Source: Tubulanus polymorphus (taxonomy: Eukaryota; Animalia; Nemertea). From it: DNA of 64,000 nt. The stretch lies in contig NC_134028.1 in assembly GCF_964204645.1 (NCBI RefSeq), positions 7,006,001 through 7,070,000 of the forward strand, written 5' to 3'. This document shows positions 11,067 to 25,237 of this stretch, piece by piece. The notes beneath the pieces were generated by a model, which ran no database searches, was not told where the DNA came from, and saw only the letters and a program-made list of their open reading frames with translations. Made by a program: the position numbers and the translations under genes. How positions within the stretch are numbered: the first letter of the stretch is position 1; every line of letters starts with the position of its first letter.

Positions 11067-14000
11067 GGTGTTTTTTCGCAAGTTTTTGATCTCGAAGCTA
11101 ATGATTTCGATAACGACGACTCCTGCAACAGAGAAATGTAAATATTGTCTCTCAAACACTAAACAATAAATGAGATTTCAACCCTTTCAGTGCTGACTGA
11201 TTGATACCCAAAAAAGTGCTGGAGATAATTTGAGAGTTATAATGAAAAATTCCACCCCAGTGCGGTGTATAATGGGTACTCCCCATCTACACCCCTGTGC
11301 GATGTATCATTAGTTACCAAAATTTCACTACGTTAGAAAGGTGCTGCTATCTTTCAATTGAGATAATAACTAATTACTAACAACGTCAATGCAGTGTATT
11401 AGCAAAGTCTTTCAACAATTTGTACACTGCACTGAAAGGGTTTTAAGCGAAATACATCGTCATCTACATCAGCAAAATATTTTTTTCTTATCTGCAGATC
11501 TTCGGAACCGAGATTTCCGATAAATATCGGTATCACGGGATATGTGGCCACAACAGGCGAGGTAAGTTTTAAGACTCAGAATTGTTATAATTTCTGCATG
11601 TCCAAGCACGTCCGTGTCTTTGTAGAATTCGTTTTGAGTTGGGACTTCACTAATTGCTTTAAGTATAGAGTTTAATGTTTCGAAATTTGATCTCATTTTC
11701 AGACGTTGAATATACCAGATGCCTACTCGGACGACCGCTTTGACCCAGGTGTAAGTTTCCATCTCAATAACTTGAATTTTTTTCCTCAATTTTCTGAACT
11801 TCCCTACGAAGATGTTTCTCATACAGTGTTCAGACCGGTTTTTACAGATTTTCTCATTCTCATTTCGTTTTCTAGGTGGATGAAGGAATGGATTTTCAAA
11901 CGAAGTGCATTCTTTGTATGCCGATTAAAAATGCATCCGGACAAGTCATAGGCGTCAGTCAACTTGTGAACAAACTGGATGGAACATCATTTAATAAAAA
12001 CGACCAGAATCTCTTTGAAGTAAGCGTTATACTACATGACGAGAGAAATCCCACAATAACGAAGCCAAGATGGCAAATTCTATATCAGAATGATTGTGTT
12101 TGAGGAGCGATGTTTCGGCTAACAACTGTTAGCCATCATCAGGCGTACTGAAACGTTGCTCCTCAAATACAATCATTCTGATATAGAATTTTTCAATCTT
12201 GGCTTCGTTATTGTGGGATTTCTCTCGTCATCATCATACGGATATTGTGTATCTTCTCGTCTAGTTATATACTACATGCGCTTTGAATCACTGAATGTCA
12301 GGAAAAGTCTGGAAAAAATGTCCCCTGGCACGCACAGGGCTGTCAACCATCCCTAATTGTCAGGAACAGTATTCAAAATTATCCGCGATACACAGGGCTG
12401 TCAACCATCCCTGATTGTCAGGAACAATACTTGATCACTCCCCAGACACACACAGTGCTATCACTTATCTCTTGATATCAGGAATAGCATATGAAAAAAT
12501 TTAACGCATAATATGTTTGCATAATGCTAGATATGTTTTATCTAGTTATTTTATATAGTTATCTATTTTATTTTCCAAGACTGTCTCTAAGAATACTTGA
12601 TATTACCCGTCGAAAAATCAAGAACTCCCAGTCAATCTTCTCTGAATATCCATAGAATACTTTAATTTAACATAATTTTCTCTGTGTTTGTGTATTTTCA
12701 GGCATTTTCTATATTCTGTGGTTTAGGCATTAGCAATACTCAGATGTATGAGAAAGCATGTAAAGCAATGGCCAAACAACGAATAGCGTTAGAAGTGTTA
12801 TCATATCATGCTATAGCTCCAGTGGAAGAGGCGCAAAGACTGAGAGTAAGTCCGCAAATTATCAACATTTGTTATACTGTGACCATAAGTTTTGGCAATG
12901 GGGTATCGGCACACCGCTATTGTGGCAAGCGAGGATTCCGCGTCGATCCGTGCAGTTTGCTAATGGTAACTCAGTTACCGCGCTTCAATTTCTTCTACAT
13001 TTCAATTAAATTGGAATCAACTTTTCTCTTAAATACCGGTAAATCAATTTCCAGTAAAACTATACCATTCACTCATTGGGAATGTCAATCTTATATCTAT
13101 GTGATGACTTGTTTGACAACATTTCAATGTGGGAAGTCCAGTTGAAAGTTCATTGAAAATGAACAAATTTTCACTACCTATATCTGAGTGTATTGTGACG
13201 CCATCTGGTATGTGCTAGTACCCCACTGATAACTACTTGCAGCGTATTGATTAACACTGTTATTTTGTGTTGTCTGTTTTTATGTTTTAGCGCATGCACA
13301 TTCCATCCGCATTTTACTATCATCTCAACGACTACAACTTCAGTGATTTCTCTCTGGACGACGACGATACGTTGAAAGCTTGTTTGCGAATGTTCCTCGA
13401 GTTGGACCTTCTCGAAAAATTCCATATACAACACGATGTAAGTATATTCAGAATATCTACAACCCCCACCCTCCCCAGGCATTTACAAAAACGGGTACTT
13501 CACTGGCTCATAATGTTTGTATATAGAGGAGCTTTGGGCTAGTGGTTTTAGCCATACAGATCCAGTTCTCTAGCCCTACAATTGGTTCATTTATTTCTAT
13601 ATGGAACATTACTAAGTTTGTTATATTGGAAAACCATACCAATATCGTAATTATGGAAGGGTATCTAGAAGCATTTTAAATCAGGAATGAATGGTAGGAC
13701 TTGAGAATTCCTTGCTTTTGGGGTTAAGATGATCATTAAAAAAAGGCTCGATGTAATTTCTTTAGCAACATTAATGATCATCTTAACTCCAAAATTAAGG
13801 AATTTCACTATAGTCTAACACTTCCAGAGACCCCTCCATAATTATGATAGTAGTTTGGTGTTCCAATATTTTATTTCTGATGTTTTGAAATCACGAACTA
13901 GGTCCTGTCATCCGCTGTTCTCTTTGATCTATACTCTTGGTAGCCAGTGCTTTCTCAAGCTTTTTGTCATAAAAGAAATCCCGAACCCATTGATAACACC

Positions 14001-17000
14001 CCGAGCGGCACTTGGTGGGTTGACGGATCAAAAAGATATCACGTTTTATAATATCTTAAATTGATCTTTTCAGCTGATGTGCCGCTGGTTGCTAAGCGTC
14101 AAGAAGAATTATCGCAACGTCACATATCACAATTGGAGACACGCGTTTAACGTTGCGCAGACCATGTTCTGCATGATCAAAGTAAGTCAACGTCTGATCG
14201 GCTGCCGTGAGCAGTTTGTGCAGCCTCAGTGGCGTTTTTTAGACCTCTTCCCGTTCATTCTGGTTTAGTTTTAGTCGCTTTCTCTTCGTTCTGAATATTT
14301 ATTAGTACTACTTACTGCTTTGCATGTGAGGTTTTCAGGGTGGCCACTTACCCGGAAATCACAGGGAAAAGTTGGGAAATTTCTTTGCGTAAAAAAAAAG
14401 TCAGGGAATTTTTGTATAAGAAAAGCTAAAAATCAGGATAAAGTCAGGGAAATATCTTTTCTATAAAAAAAGTCATTTTGTAAAAGAAAGCTAAGAATTG
14501 GGGAAAGGTCAGGGAAATTAGTTGAGATTGCTAGATTGCGCGTAAAATCAAACAGTTTCCGTCGATGTCTTAGGTATTTGACTGCGTTAATTGATTTAAT
14601 TCTTAGCAGATGAAGTCAGGGAGGGAAACAAACGCGCATGTCAGGCATTAGTCAAGTTGAATGAAAGTGGCCACCCTGGTTTTGCCGCTGGGAGTTCATA
14701 AAGATGTATGTTTTCTTTCCAAAAAAAGACTCCTTGGAAAATGAAAGGAATGCTCGCTCGATTTGAGAAAAGTGAAGAAGATTGATTCTGAATATATTAC
14801 GACTGTTTGAATATGATATTCTTGATGAACGGATAACCAGGGACCAGTTGCTCAAGTTAGTTATGGATACTCGGTTGATAATAACCATAGTCACAATGAA
14901 CTTTCAATTGTTGCTATGTCGACTATCCACTGGTTAACTCTAACCAACTTTAGAGCAACTGGCCCCCCCCCCCCTGCTTCATTCTGTTCAAGTGTTCACT
15001 GAGGTCTCGTAATGTGCAGTCTGGACCCACCCTCTCAGAGGTTCAACACTTCATTGCTAAGCTTCCAATTTTTGATAGTCCAGACCTCATATCAGTCGAC
15101 ATTTTTTTCGAAATAAGATATCTCTTAATCCGAGATATGTTAAATCGAAAATGATGGACAAACACCAGACATTGGGACCCACTTCCACAGTTGTGAGTTA
15201 ATCAGAGTTAACTCATTGAGCCGAGCAGTTCTATTATTCAAATTTTTTATTCGTCCGTTAAAAATCATGATTTTGTGGGATTTTTGCAATTCGATGGGAA
15301 ATATTCGAGTTTTGAATAATTGTTGAGGGATTCGGGTTTATTTGTAGCGCACCAAGGCGTCATACTTGCGTTCTTTAAGGGAGTCATCCAATCAGGTTAG
15401 TCGCTTGTGTGTGTGTTTGTACGTGTGTATTTCCGTAGAGCTACGTATCTCGATGTAGAACGCCACCTAGTGATAACATTCCGCTTAACTATGTAGGATT
15501 AGGAGCAGACGTGTATATCTATTTCACTCAGTCAGTCACCAATCAATGTTTAATCAAATGATTCTTATAGATATGAAAGCTTTCAATCAGTACTGACATT
15601 CTTATTTTAAAGGAATGGGAATCATTATCCTATGGATGTGTTACACTTATCAGAATTAGTTCATTTTCAATCGAATTGGGGCCAGTTGCTCAAAAGTCGG
15701 TTACAGTTAACCAGTGGATAGTTGAAAAAGTGGCAATAAAAGTTCATTGTTACTATGATATTTATCCGCTGGTTATCTTTAACCAACTTTTGAGCAACTG
15801 ACCCCTGCTGTTTGGTATATCTTGCAAATGCAAAATGGGAAAATTTTGGTTCGATTTCAAATGAAAACTAGAAGCAAAATTGAAGCACAGATGACCAATA
15901 ATTGAATACGAGCGAGCCCGGTGCATCCTTGATCGCTGCGGTAGCAGTGCCAGGACCCTATTGATGAAAGTTGAATTTTGAAGAAAGTTTCGGTTTACTA
16001 TAAAGGCATGCGGGAGATGATTATGCAACTTCAACTGCGTTTGAAAGTTTTAGATTGTTAATTTTTGACTGATTCATACTTATAAGAGTAGATGATTTAT
16101 AGGTTGACCCGTAATAATCAAATTGAAGGTGCACAATTTAGCGGATGAGTTTTACAATGAATCTGATATAATGCTCAAATATTGCATAGTTTAGATCCAG
16201 ATTATCGTGTGCCTTTTTTCTGTCATAATCACCTTTAAAACTTGAAGGGGACTAGTTTAATAGACTGGCATTAAATTCAACCCACGGGCTTACTCAATTG
16301 AAATTGAATTGAGTTACCCCCCGGGTTAGAAATCAGTCTGTAAAACTAGCCCCTTCAAGTTTTGAAGCTAAATTAGATGATGGGGTGCATAGGTATAATA
16401 CATTGGGCTTCTGTGCTCTGTGCTTAGCCATTAGTAATTTATGGTATGTCAGCTGGAGACTTTTCATGTAGGTACAGATAATCCATGAGATTGAACTGAA
16501 TTGAGATTAATAGGAACTCACGTAGCTTTTCCTCTTACCTGTCCAGTGTATCTACACCGCAGTGCGGTGTAGAAATTGGTGATGGACTTTGCTAGTACAC
16601 CACGATGTGGTGTATTGATGTTATTAGTGATTAGTTTTATCTATATCTACTGATGGCAGCGCCTGTCAAATATATTAGTAACTAAAGATACACCGCACCG
16701 TGGTGTAGACATACTATAGCAGTGTGCCCTTAATTCAATACACTGGTTGGAATTGCTTGGAATTTTCAAATTATCTCCAGCGCTTTCGGGTATTAATTAG
16801 TCAGCGCTAAAAGGGTTAACTACCAGTCCTTGATATAAGATTATTTTTTTCATAACTACCTCAAGACTTTTCATGGGTAAATCCTGCTCAACGGTTGAAT
16901 CGAAATAATGAAGGTCTTCGTCTGACATGATTCGCATATTTGTATATTAATATGCGTGAGTTGTATTTATCTTTTAGAATGGGCAGCTACATAATGTTTT

Positions 17001-18636
17001 AGGAGACTTGGAGTGTTTGGCTTTGCTAATCGCCTGTTTATGTCACGATTTGGACCATCGCGGAACCAATAACCAGTTCCAGATAAAGTAAGTCACCAAG
17101 AGAATTTGGCCGATGGCGTTAGAAAAAGGCATCCACCATTAAAGGTTGAAAGTCATCTTATAACCTTGCATTTGTGTCTCTTATATATTTCAGAATCATG
17201 CATCCACTGGCTCAGCTTTATTCTACCTCAGTTTTAGAGCACCACCATTTTGACCAATGCATTATGATTCTCAGCACAAAGGTAACATATTAAACCAGAA
17301 TTTGAAAAACGTGATATGAAATTGAACTTCACCTAGAACAACTGTGGTACCGGATCCAGGTTTACCCAACCCTAGGGTTGAGGGTAAGACTCAAGACCAG
17401 TCTGACACGATCTGTGTTCTATAGTCAGTCCGATGACTATTTAAGAACAGTTTTAAGATTGAAGACCACTTTTCCTAAGTCCTTGCCTACTTGACTATGG
17501 AACCGGTCCCCGAGTTGCAGACCTGTTTCTATCGTTTTTCGTATATGTTTCTTTATAGGGTAACGAGATTCTACTGAATTTGTGTCAAAGCCAGTATGAA
17601 GTAGTAATCAAGATCTTGGAACATGCAATTCTAGCAACGGATCTCGCCCTTTATTTTAGGTGAGTTTTTTTCTATGTTAAAAAGGTTAAAGAAAGATTGA
17701 GGCTGTTAGTTAGCTATCGAATTGTAATTGTTGTGAATATTTCTTAGGTATCGTGGCGAATTCTTCAACTTAGTCGACTCCGGCCAAATCGAAATGCAAA
17801 GAGAAGACCATAGAGATTTGCTCAGGTACTCGAATCATGAAGCTTCTGGCTCTAGGGAGCAGTGTGGCATTCCATTTCATTCTATACTATATTCTGTATC
17901 TTCTATTCTATTCTATATCTTTTATTCTATTTTAAAGTGTTGTTTTTATTTCCTAGGGGTATGATGATGACCGCTTGCGACGTGTCTGCAATTACAAAAC
18001 CATGGGAGGTTCAAAAGAAAGTAAGTTCGTCGATCTTTATTGATATTTTTGAACTGAATCTTTTATGTTCAGACTTGTTTTAATGCGACAATGAAATTTG
18101 TCTGTATTTTGAAGGTCGCTGAATTGGTGGCCAGCGAATTCTTCGAACAAGGCGACATCGAGAAAAAAGAACTGAAAATAAAACCGATCGTAAGTGTGCG
18201 CTGCAGTCACCCTGTAAATTAGCAAACGTGACGTAATTCCTCCGTTAGATCAGTCTGTGGTATTTGAGGGGAACAAATTTCAGTTTGGAATGACTGTCAT
18301 CGTTGTTCTAGGCTCTTGCAAATAAAAGTTTTCAAACCAATCCCAATCAATTCCGATTCCGTGAACCCCTCGTTTAATTCAGGTCGGGACCGTGTTACGC
18401 ATCGCAGTAATGACTTTGACCTTTAAAACCGGTTAATTATTCGGGATGTTTCAGGATATGATGGATAGAGATAAGAAGGATCAACTTCCGTCCATGCAAG
18501 TTGGCTTTATTGACGCTGTGTGTATGCCGGTATACCAGGTAAATGAATCGAGGACGACAGCTCCTGTGTGGCCAAATCATTTCACCAAAAATAAAAAAGA
18601 AATATTCATTTTCTCCATTGAAAATGATGAAATTCA

Positions 18637-18697
<61 letters not shown>

Positions 18698-19759
18698 TGC
18701 TTTATTTCCTGTAAATCATAACAATATATAAATTTAAAGAGTTACAAAATGGAAATGACAAATTACATGATTTAAATGTATATTCATCATAAGTTGTTAT
18801 GATAATAGCAGTAGGGAATATATATAGGAAGCAATGCTTGTATCATATATTAACCTTGAATGTTACAAAACGAAAAAGAAAAAGAAGAAACCGGTAAGAG
18901 AATAGAAAACTGAACAAAAATCAAAGTTATAATGAATTGAGTCGTCATAAACAGATCTCACATTATTTCAAATGGATATATATATACACATATACATACA
19001 CATACATACATATACATATGTACGTACGTACGTACGCGCGCACGCACACACACTTTAGAATTGTAGAATTATGTAATTATAGCGTATGAAGACCAAGGAC
19101 TAGATAAGTTGGCTGCGCCCAAGTATAGGTCTTAGGCCCTGTGCTCATGATATAATTTTGTTTCGAATCGAACTGCACCTCGAACGAATAATCTGTTTGC
19201 GAGTATTCGAATCGTCATACTTGACGACGGTCTCTAGGGAGTATCATGGGAGAGAAACCCACAATATCAATTTAAACAACTGTTTTTGTTTTTCAAATAA
19301 ACTCCGCCGAAGATGGGTGGAAGGATTCGTCCAGAAATGTAAGAAAGAAACAAAAACAGTTGTTTAAATTGATATTGTGGATGTCTCTCGATGACATCTA
19401 TCAATACTGGAAATAGTCTGAACTATTTACAGTCTCTAGGGAGAGTTCGAAACAACTTTTGAATTTTATTTTTTGATGTCTGATGAATTTTGTTTACATT
19501 TGTACATGGTGGGTTCTTGATATAATAACTGTCCGCATTTTTCAGCGACCTGATTTTCTTCTTTTTTTTTTTTTAGGCGTTCGCGAAATTATCTGACGAC
19601 TTTTACCCGCTGCTCGAGGGATGCAAAGTGAACCGTAAACATTGGGCCGAACAGTCGCATTCGGAGAGGAGCAGCAAAAAAATCGCCGGTGAAGAAGAGC
19701 CGGAAAAACCGAATAAAGACGACCATCCACGCAGCAGCGGTGGAGGAACGGCCGTATGA
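11067..19759 (+). CDS. PDE11: Dual cAMP/cGMP phosphodiesterase 11-like (GAF-B plus catalytic HD domain), 5'-partial
   Basis: 15 GT-AG exons in continuous frame: 11067-11137, 11498-11561, 11703-11750, 11876-12019, 12702-12845, 13291-13437, 14074-14181, 16978-17087, 17194-17281, 17559-17659, 17748-17825, 17957-18020, 18115-18189, 18455-18538, 19577-19759 (TGA). Motifs: [20 protein letters not shown] and NKLDG..F...D; catalytic [52 protein letters not shown]. As recalled, it resembles invertebrate PDE11 more than PDE5/6. Confidence 0.93.
11182..11440. mobile_element. piggyBac-like MITE (CCCTTTCAGTGC TIR)
   Basis: CCCTTTCAGTGC...GCACTGAAAGGG termini; same family at ~16530-16815 and 53402-54210. 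Confidence 0.7.
12036..12254. mobile_element. Fold-back element with hammerhead-like core (possibly Penelope-derived)
   Basis: About 80-bp inverted arms around a loop whose minus strand reads CTGATGAT-GGCTAAC-AGTT-GTTAGCC-GAAAC. Same family as the TSD-flanked insert at 38423-38574. Confidence 0.6.
12330..12490. repeat. ~59-bp tandem repeat, about 3 degenerate units
   Basis: CACAGGGCTGTCAACCATCCCT(A/G)ATTGTCAGGAACA occurs twice, followed by a decayed third unit. Confidence 0.75.
13627..13865. mobile_element. Fold-back MITE in a PDE intron
   Basis: Nested inverted arms TAATTATGGA/TCCATAATTA and GTTAAGATGATCATTAA/TTAATGATCATCTTAAC. Confidence 0.6.
14336..14678. mobile_element. MITE with CAGGGTGGCCACTT TIRs
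   Basis: CAGGGTGGCCACTT...AAGTGGCCACCCTG, flanked on both sides by GTTTT, with internal GTCAGGGAA sub-repeats. Confidence 0.75.
15678..15805. mobile_element. Short MITE (GGGCCAGTTGCTCAA TIR family)
   Basis: GGGGCCAGTTGCTCAAAAGT...ACTTTTGAGCAACTGACCCC; sister copy at ~14840-14965. Confidence 0.7.
18638..18696. repeat. (ATT)n microsatellite
   Basis: About 19 ATT units in the last PDE intron; produces the poly-I and poly-L ORFs. Confidence 0.95.
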
Positions 19760-21794
19760 CCGTCGGTGAAATGTGACGTCATGTGACTTTGTATAATCTC
19801 ATTTTATTCGATCGAAGAAGAGAGAGGCTTTACCTTCGGCGAACTCGAATTCGAATTCTGCCGTTCGGTTCAGATACGAATTCATCCGGTCATTCATTTA
19901 TGCCAAGATGAATACAATTTTAGTTGAAATCAAATCTGATTTGACAGGATGAATTCACCTCTCAGATCTTCGAGTGGAGCGGTGTTGATTTGACATGAAT
20001 AAGTTTCTAGTTTTGATCGCTAGGCCGGATATTTTTCGACTCATTGCGATTGGACAGTGAAAAACTGAACTCCCAGTGCGAACTTCAGTCCTTTAGCGAA
20101 CTACCGGTAAGTAAATCGGAATGTCGGTTACTCGGAACTATAGTTCAGTAATAGCGTACGACACAACCGAGCACGGTCGCCGCAGTTTGGACCGAGTTCC
20201 AAGATTGCTGACTTAATGAAATGCTAGTTACGACCAAAATATAGTGCGATCGGTTATGTGTTCCGACCACTAGTTGACTAACTACGCAAACTGAAGTTCG
20301 CCCTAGGCGCAGGTGTCACTGAAATTTGCGCTGATGGTCGAAAATCAGTACGGTTGCCTCCATTTACCAGAAAATGTGCGGTGGATTCAGATTTCAGTTT
20401 ATCGGGACTTTCTCATCCAGCGTTTGACGTATTGTAGTATGCAAACCATTCCAGTTAGAATTCCTGAATTCCTTAGATGTAAGAAGTAGGGTGCAAATAT
20501 TTCGTTCAATTCCAAGGTTACCGCCTCTCGCATTTCAGGCGACTTTATGTGCAACTTTTTTTTCTTATTGTCGTAAAGATGAAAACGGGAGAAGATTTCG
20601 AAGTCCTTTTGTGAGGGTAAGAATTCGTAGGAATTCGCGTTGTAGGCGATTTTTTACGATGGCAGCCATCTTTAATTGAAAGGTCTTTAATCTGTAGCTT
20701 CCATTACGGGGGATATTGACTTGAACCATTTCATCGAATACATCATCTAAAAACCGCTTTATTTGTGTATATAATGTGTAACGTACTCTAGTGTTTCAGT
20801 TTAAACCAAAATCAATTATTTGAACGGAACAGCATTGTGACCATGTGAAATCTATCTTTGATTTAGAATTTTAAACTTGAAATTAAGAATTTTTCAACTC
20901 AAAATATTGAATTCGATTATTTTGAATGAGACGATGAATGAATATTTTCTCGAGTTTAATTCTTTGAGAAAAAAATCGAAGTCATGTCGTCTTATTTTAC
21001 ACAAGAAATCTAAGTCGAGTGAAGATTTTGAGTCGAGATTTTCGCAGTGAAACTATCAAGATGTGAACATTGTGGCCACATTACTGTCGCGTATTCGGGA
21101 GACCGAGCCGCCAGATTCCCTTCACGAAAATACAAAAAACGATATTTTTGTGTCTGTACATAATAATATTTACACATATTTATTGATTATTGTTAGAACG
21201 AATTCTTTTGCCAAAATTTATTATGTCCCTCTATTATTCCTTTTTATATATTTATTTGTACAGATGACTCGCGCGATCAGGTGTTCGTAATAACACGCCT
21301 GTCTTTTGAGAAAGATTCACAAATGAATTGGAAATTCGAGTTGTCATTTTCGTAAATGATTAACAATGAGGAAGAAAGAACTGACTGAAAGGTTTTTTGG
21401 TCTAAGAATTTTCAGGTCAATGCAAAAAATGTATCTTCGCTTCCACAGGGATTTGAACCTTACGATATGCACTGCTGCCTTAGCGGATTAGTATTTCCTT
21501 TAAATACTCGACCCTTTCCAACGGTTTTAGCCAATACTCTCTGAATATTAAGATTGATCACCAATGATTTTTCCATAATACAGCCACAACGTCGTCTGGG
21601 GTAGTAAAACACCATGTTTTTTATCTCCGGCATTCTCACGAATCCACAGATTTTGATCACCCCATAAGAAAAATAAGGAAAAGGAGGCTCTGGCTGCTAG
21701 AGAAAACACTGGCTAAATGCGATGTTCTTGGTATATGACAGGTTTCGTACTGTAGCATCTCGGGTCCAAATCCCTGCTCTAGAAGATCTACGCA

Positions 21795-21968
21795 CCGTGG
21801 AACCTCGATACAACGAACTTCATAGGACCAAAATATCTGTTCATCATAACCGATAGTTCGTTATATCCAGTATGAAATGAATTAAATTCTCTTACTTGGG
21901 ACATAATATCATATTTGTTATATCCGATGAATCGTTGTATCCAAGTTCGTTATAACGAGGTTCCACTG
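21795..21968. mobile_element. Tc1/pogo(Tigger)-like MITE
   Basis: GTGGAACCTCG...CGAGGTTCCAC termini; relatives at ~7352-7500 and 22538-22997. Confidence 0.65.
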
Positions 21969-22537
21969 TTTTACTAATCTTGCGCTAAAATGCCTTTCGG
22001 ATTACGAAGGTTTTGAATATTGAATCAATTTTCTCAAAAATTCTCATCGTATTATTTCCTGCTCCGGTCACATCGTTTTTCATCCGTTATTTATACGAAA
22101 AACGCCTTGTAAATAGAAGTTCTATTGCAGCAAAATGTTTCATTATCTCAACTCATTACTAGCTGTATAGAAATGTATTATCATTGTTAAAGTCTTCTGT
22201 AGCGTTTATGTGATATTTTGTACTTCGATATAGACGTTTCCGTTTGAATATGGAAACCATACGGTCGTTTCATTTCTTGTTCGTTTTTCTCAGAAGGCCA
22301 GTGAAAATATTGGAATGTTTGTTGATCTTTGGTCCTGGGTATATTGCTTCTTGTTTTAAAGAAGTCTGTTAACTTGACTTACGAATTCATGCTTTCGCAA
22401 AGCTGCGATATCGAGGTCAAGTGGCCCGTAGTTTTAAGCCATCGGTCACCTATCTCATCAATCCAGGGTTCATGGGTTTTGGTGGCAGCGAAGTGCAGAT
22501 TCGTAGGTTTTTTTTCTGGCCTCTCTCCCCATATGTA

Positions 22538-22997
22538 CAGCGGAACCTCGTCAATACGAGATGGCCTATTACGAAAAATTGCGTGTAATGATGACTTTCA
22601 TTTGTCCCGGCCAAATGTGGTATAAATTACTTGTAAGAATGCAGTTTAATGTGAAATTTGTAAAAACGATGAAAATTTTCAGTCCCTATGTCTCATTTCA
22701 TTAGTAAATCAATGCGTTTAATACAATTGCTGATCGAGTGGATCATCTGTATCTAATGACAGTAACATTTGACTTCGTGAAGAAGATCATCCCAAAATTG
22801 AACGAGACCAAATTCCAACCCAGTTTTAACTGTACAATGGATGCATGAATAAATTTTGAAAGATAATATTTTATATTTCATTTTATATCCAAACCATTGG
22901 CGGGAAATTGACATTGAATTGCGTGTTATGAATTTTTGTTAAAACGAATAATTTTCTATTGCCCCAGGTAGTGCTCATAATAAACGAGGTTCCGCTG
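22538..22997. mobile_element. Tc1/pogo(Tigger)-like MITE with TA target duplication
   Basis: TA|CAGCGGAACCTCGT...ACGAGGTTCCGCTG|TA. Confidence 0.75.
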
Positions 22998-25207
22998 TAT
23001 GTATGCGTTTGTAAGACCAGTCCTTACATATTCATCTGCACTGTAAAGTCTGATCTACCGGAAATATGTTACACAGTCCATAAAACTAGATATCATCTGT
23101 AGAGACCATTCCTGTGATATAGAAGGAGCTTACAGTTCGTTCATTTGTTCGCTTATGTATGTTGGACGTATTTTAGTAATATTCGTTTTGCTTTGTTTTG
23201 TGGATTTTGTGTTTGTTATTGATAATCTGTATGGTGCTTCGATTGATTTGTGATCATCTGGAAATGAAAACTATAGGAACCACAACCGTGTATATTTATG
23301 TATATATATATATATAATTCTGTGTCGTCTGTTGTTGAAATTTTGTTGAAATATTTGACCCAGTCGATGATCAGGATCTCGATATTTAGTAAAGAAGCTC
23401 ATTTTTAAGGTCAGCTTATAACAAGCTGCGATACGAAGTGTCCTGTCAACAGATTGCCTCATGGCCAGAAAAATTTACTGCCAAGTTCTGTCGATTCTGT
23501 CGAAAGAAACTGATTCAGGGCCGTACTTAGCAAAAGCCCCGAAAGTTTGGTAAAAGCGGCCTTTTTGCATCTTGCACGTGCTCTTTCTGTATTGAAATTT
23601 TGAGTCGCCAGCTTACGTAGAAATCTACCGCCTTTCTGTTCATTCTAAGAAAATACAGTCAATCATTAAAAAAAACCATTGCGCAATATAATCTTTTTCG
23701 AGTTGTAACCAATAGAAATGTAATATAGAGTCCTCGCGGTCTGAGACAAGCATGTTATAGGCCTAACTGAGTTTACGTTAGGCCTATAAGAAGAATTGTT
23801 ATTTGACTCTATAAGGTTCCTCTACCCCCCCCCCCCCCAACGTTCAAATGCTAGGTACGGCTCCGTGATTAGGTATACCTTGGATCCTGGTAACGATCGC
23901 ATAGCATCGAGGTTCAGCTGACCGTCAGGACACAGTTCCACGGTTGTGAGTCAGGGTTAACTCTTGAGTTAAAAGTTAGTTCATTTTCGATGAGTTAACT
24001 CGGAACTGTGGAACTGAACCCGGTTGTATTATAGAGAGAATTGGCTAGTGTTGTGTACCATACGCCAGTTACTGATCTACCTTCAGATGTGTTTGTATGC
24101 CTCATATGGCTGCACCATTCTTCTGGAGATTCTACTTGAAACCAATTAGTTATCATCATTAGATCTCGCATAAATTTGAATTATTAGTATTTTCAAGAGT
24201 TCAAATCACTCAGATCTGTTGAAATGTTATTTCGTTTTAATCAAAATTTGTATGTTGAAATGAATTGGAAAGAAACGTCGAAGTCGAAAATTGGAAAATT
24301 GTGATGTTTCATTTTTCCACAAAAGATAATCATAATATGCTTGCATGGATCCAGTACCTAAGATGACCCGTAATTGCACCTCTAAGCAAATCTATGTGTA
24401 ACCAGTTCGTCGTTAGATAAAACCAATAAAACCAATGATGGTGAAATATGGTCAAAACAAGATTAGCCTACGTACTAGAAATATAGTATAAACTGTAATA
24501 ATCGATATTACGTTATATCTGACATATCTCAATATTCATTGCCGAAGTTATATCCATGTTATCTGGTATTGTGAACACATACAATCTTTTTTAAAATAAA
24601 GAAACATTTCTTTAAGTATACATTATTGACTTATTACTCCTCGGACTGTTGCTGAATGTGTGCAGATCCGACCAACAGCAGATGTGTGGATGGCAACAGC
24701 AACCAGCGGCAATTTTCCAAGACCTACAGCATTTTGGAATTTCGAATTCGCCGCAGCAAATAAATTTTCAGTAGTGGATTTAGCGATGAAAACAAATCTA
24801 TTCTTAAATAGACCCGTGATTTTTACGGCGTTTCGAGACCGGACTAAGTCTCGTGCTACGTGGCTTGTCTCTAGGCATATTATCATTCATTGTTTAAAGG
24901 AACTAGGTAGCAAAGAAATTTCAACGAAAAAGACAAGGGCAACCCAAGAGGAAAGGCAGGGGTCCGGACCCCGAGACGACCCAAGATCTGCCCCTGCCAG
25001 GGGTTTCCAGGCCGGGCAAAAAATATTTCATAATACCGTTTTTTACAATACGAGTCCTACGTATGTTGCCGGCATGAAAATTCTATAGAATTCGGATGGC
25101 TATTGATTCTCTCGACGCCGACTACGTTCCTAACATATGAAACCAAAAACCAATTGAAATAAAACGTCAGAAAAAGTAAAGGCATTGACATTCTACTAAT
25201 AGCTTTG

Positions 25208-25213
25208 TTTATT
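25208..25213 (-). promoter_or_regulatory. Polyadenylation signal AATAAA of astacin copy A
   Basis: AATAAA about 25 nt after the stop codon; the same spacing is seen after the stops of copies B-E. Confidence 0.75.
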
Positions 25214-25237
25214 AAGAATGGAAATTTTCATCAAGAT

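Noticed and set aside
12330-12490. Spaced ~40-bp direct repeats resembling a CRISPR array
   Set aside because: Eukaryotic intron, only 2-3 degenerate units and no cas genes; it is a minisatellite.
18446-18731. Poly-Ile and poly-Leu hydrophobic ORFs
   Set aside because: Read-through from a PDE exon into an (ATT)n intronic repeat.
24660-25088. 142-aa ORF between PDE11 and astacin A
   Set aside because: Non-ATG start, overlaps repeat remnants and has no recognisable domain.
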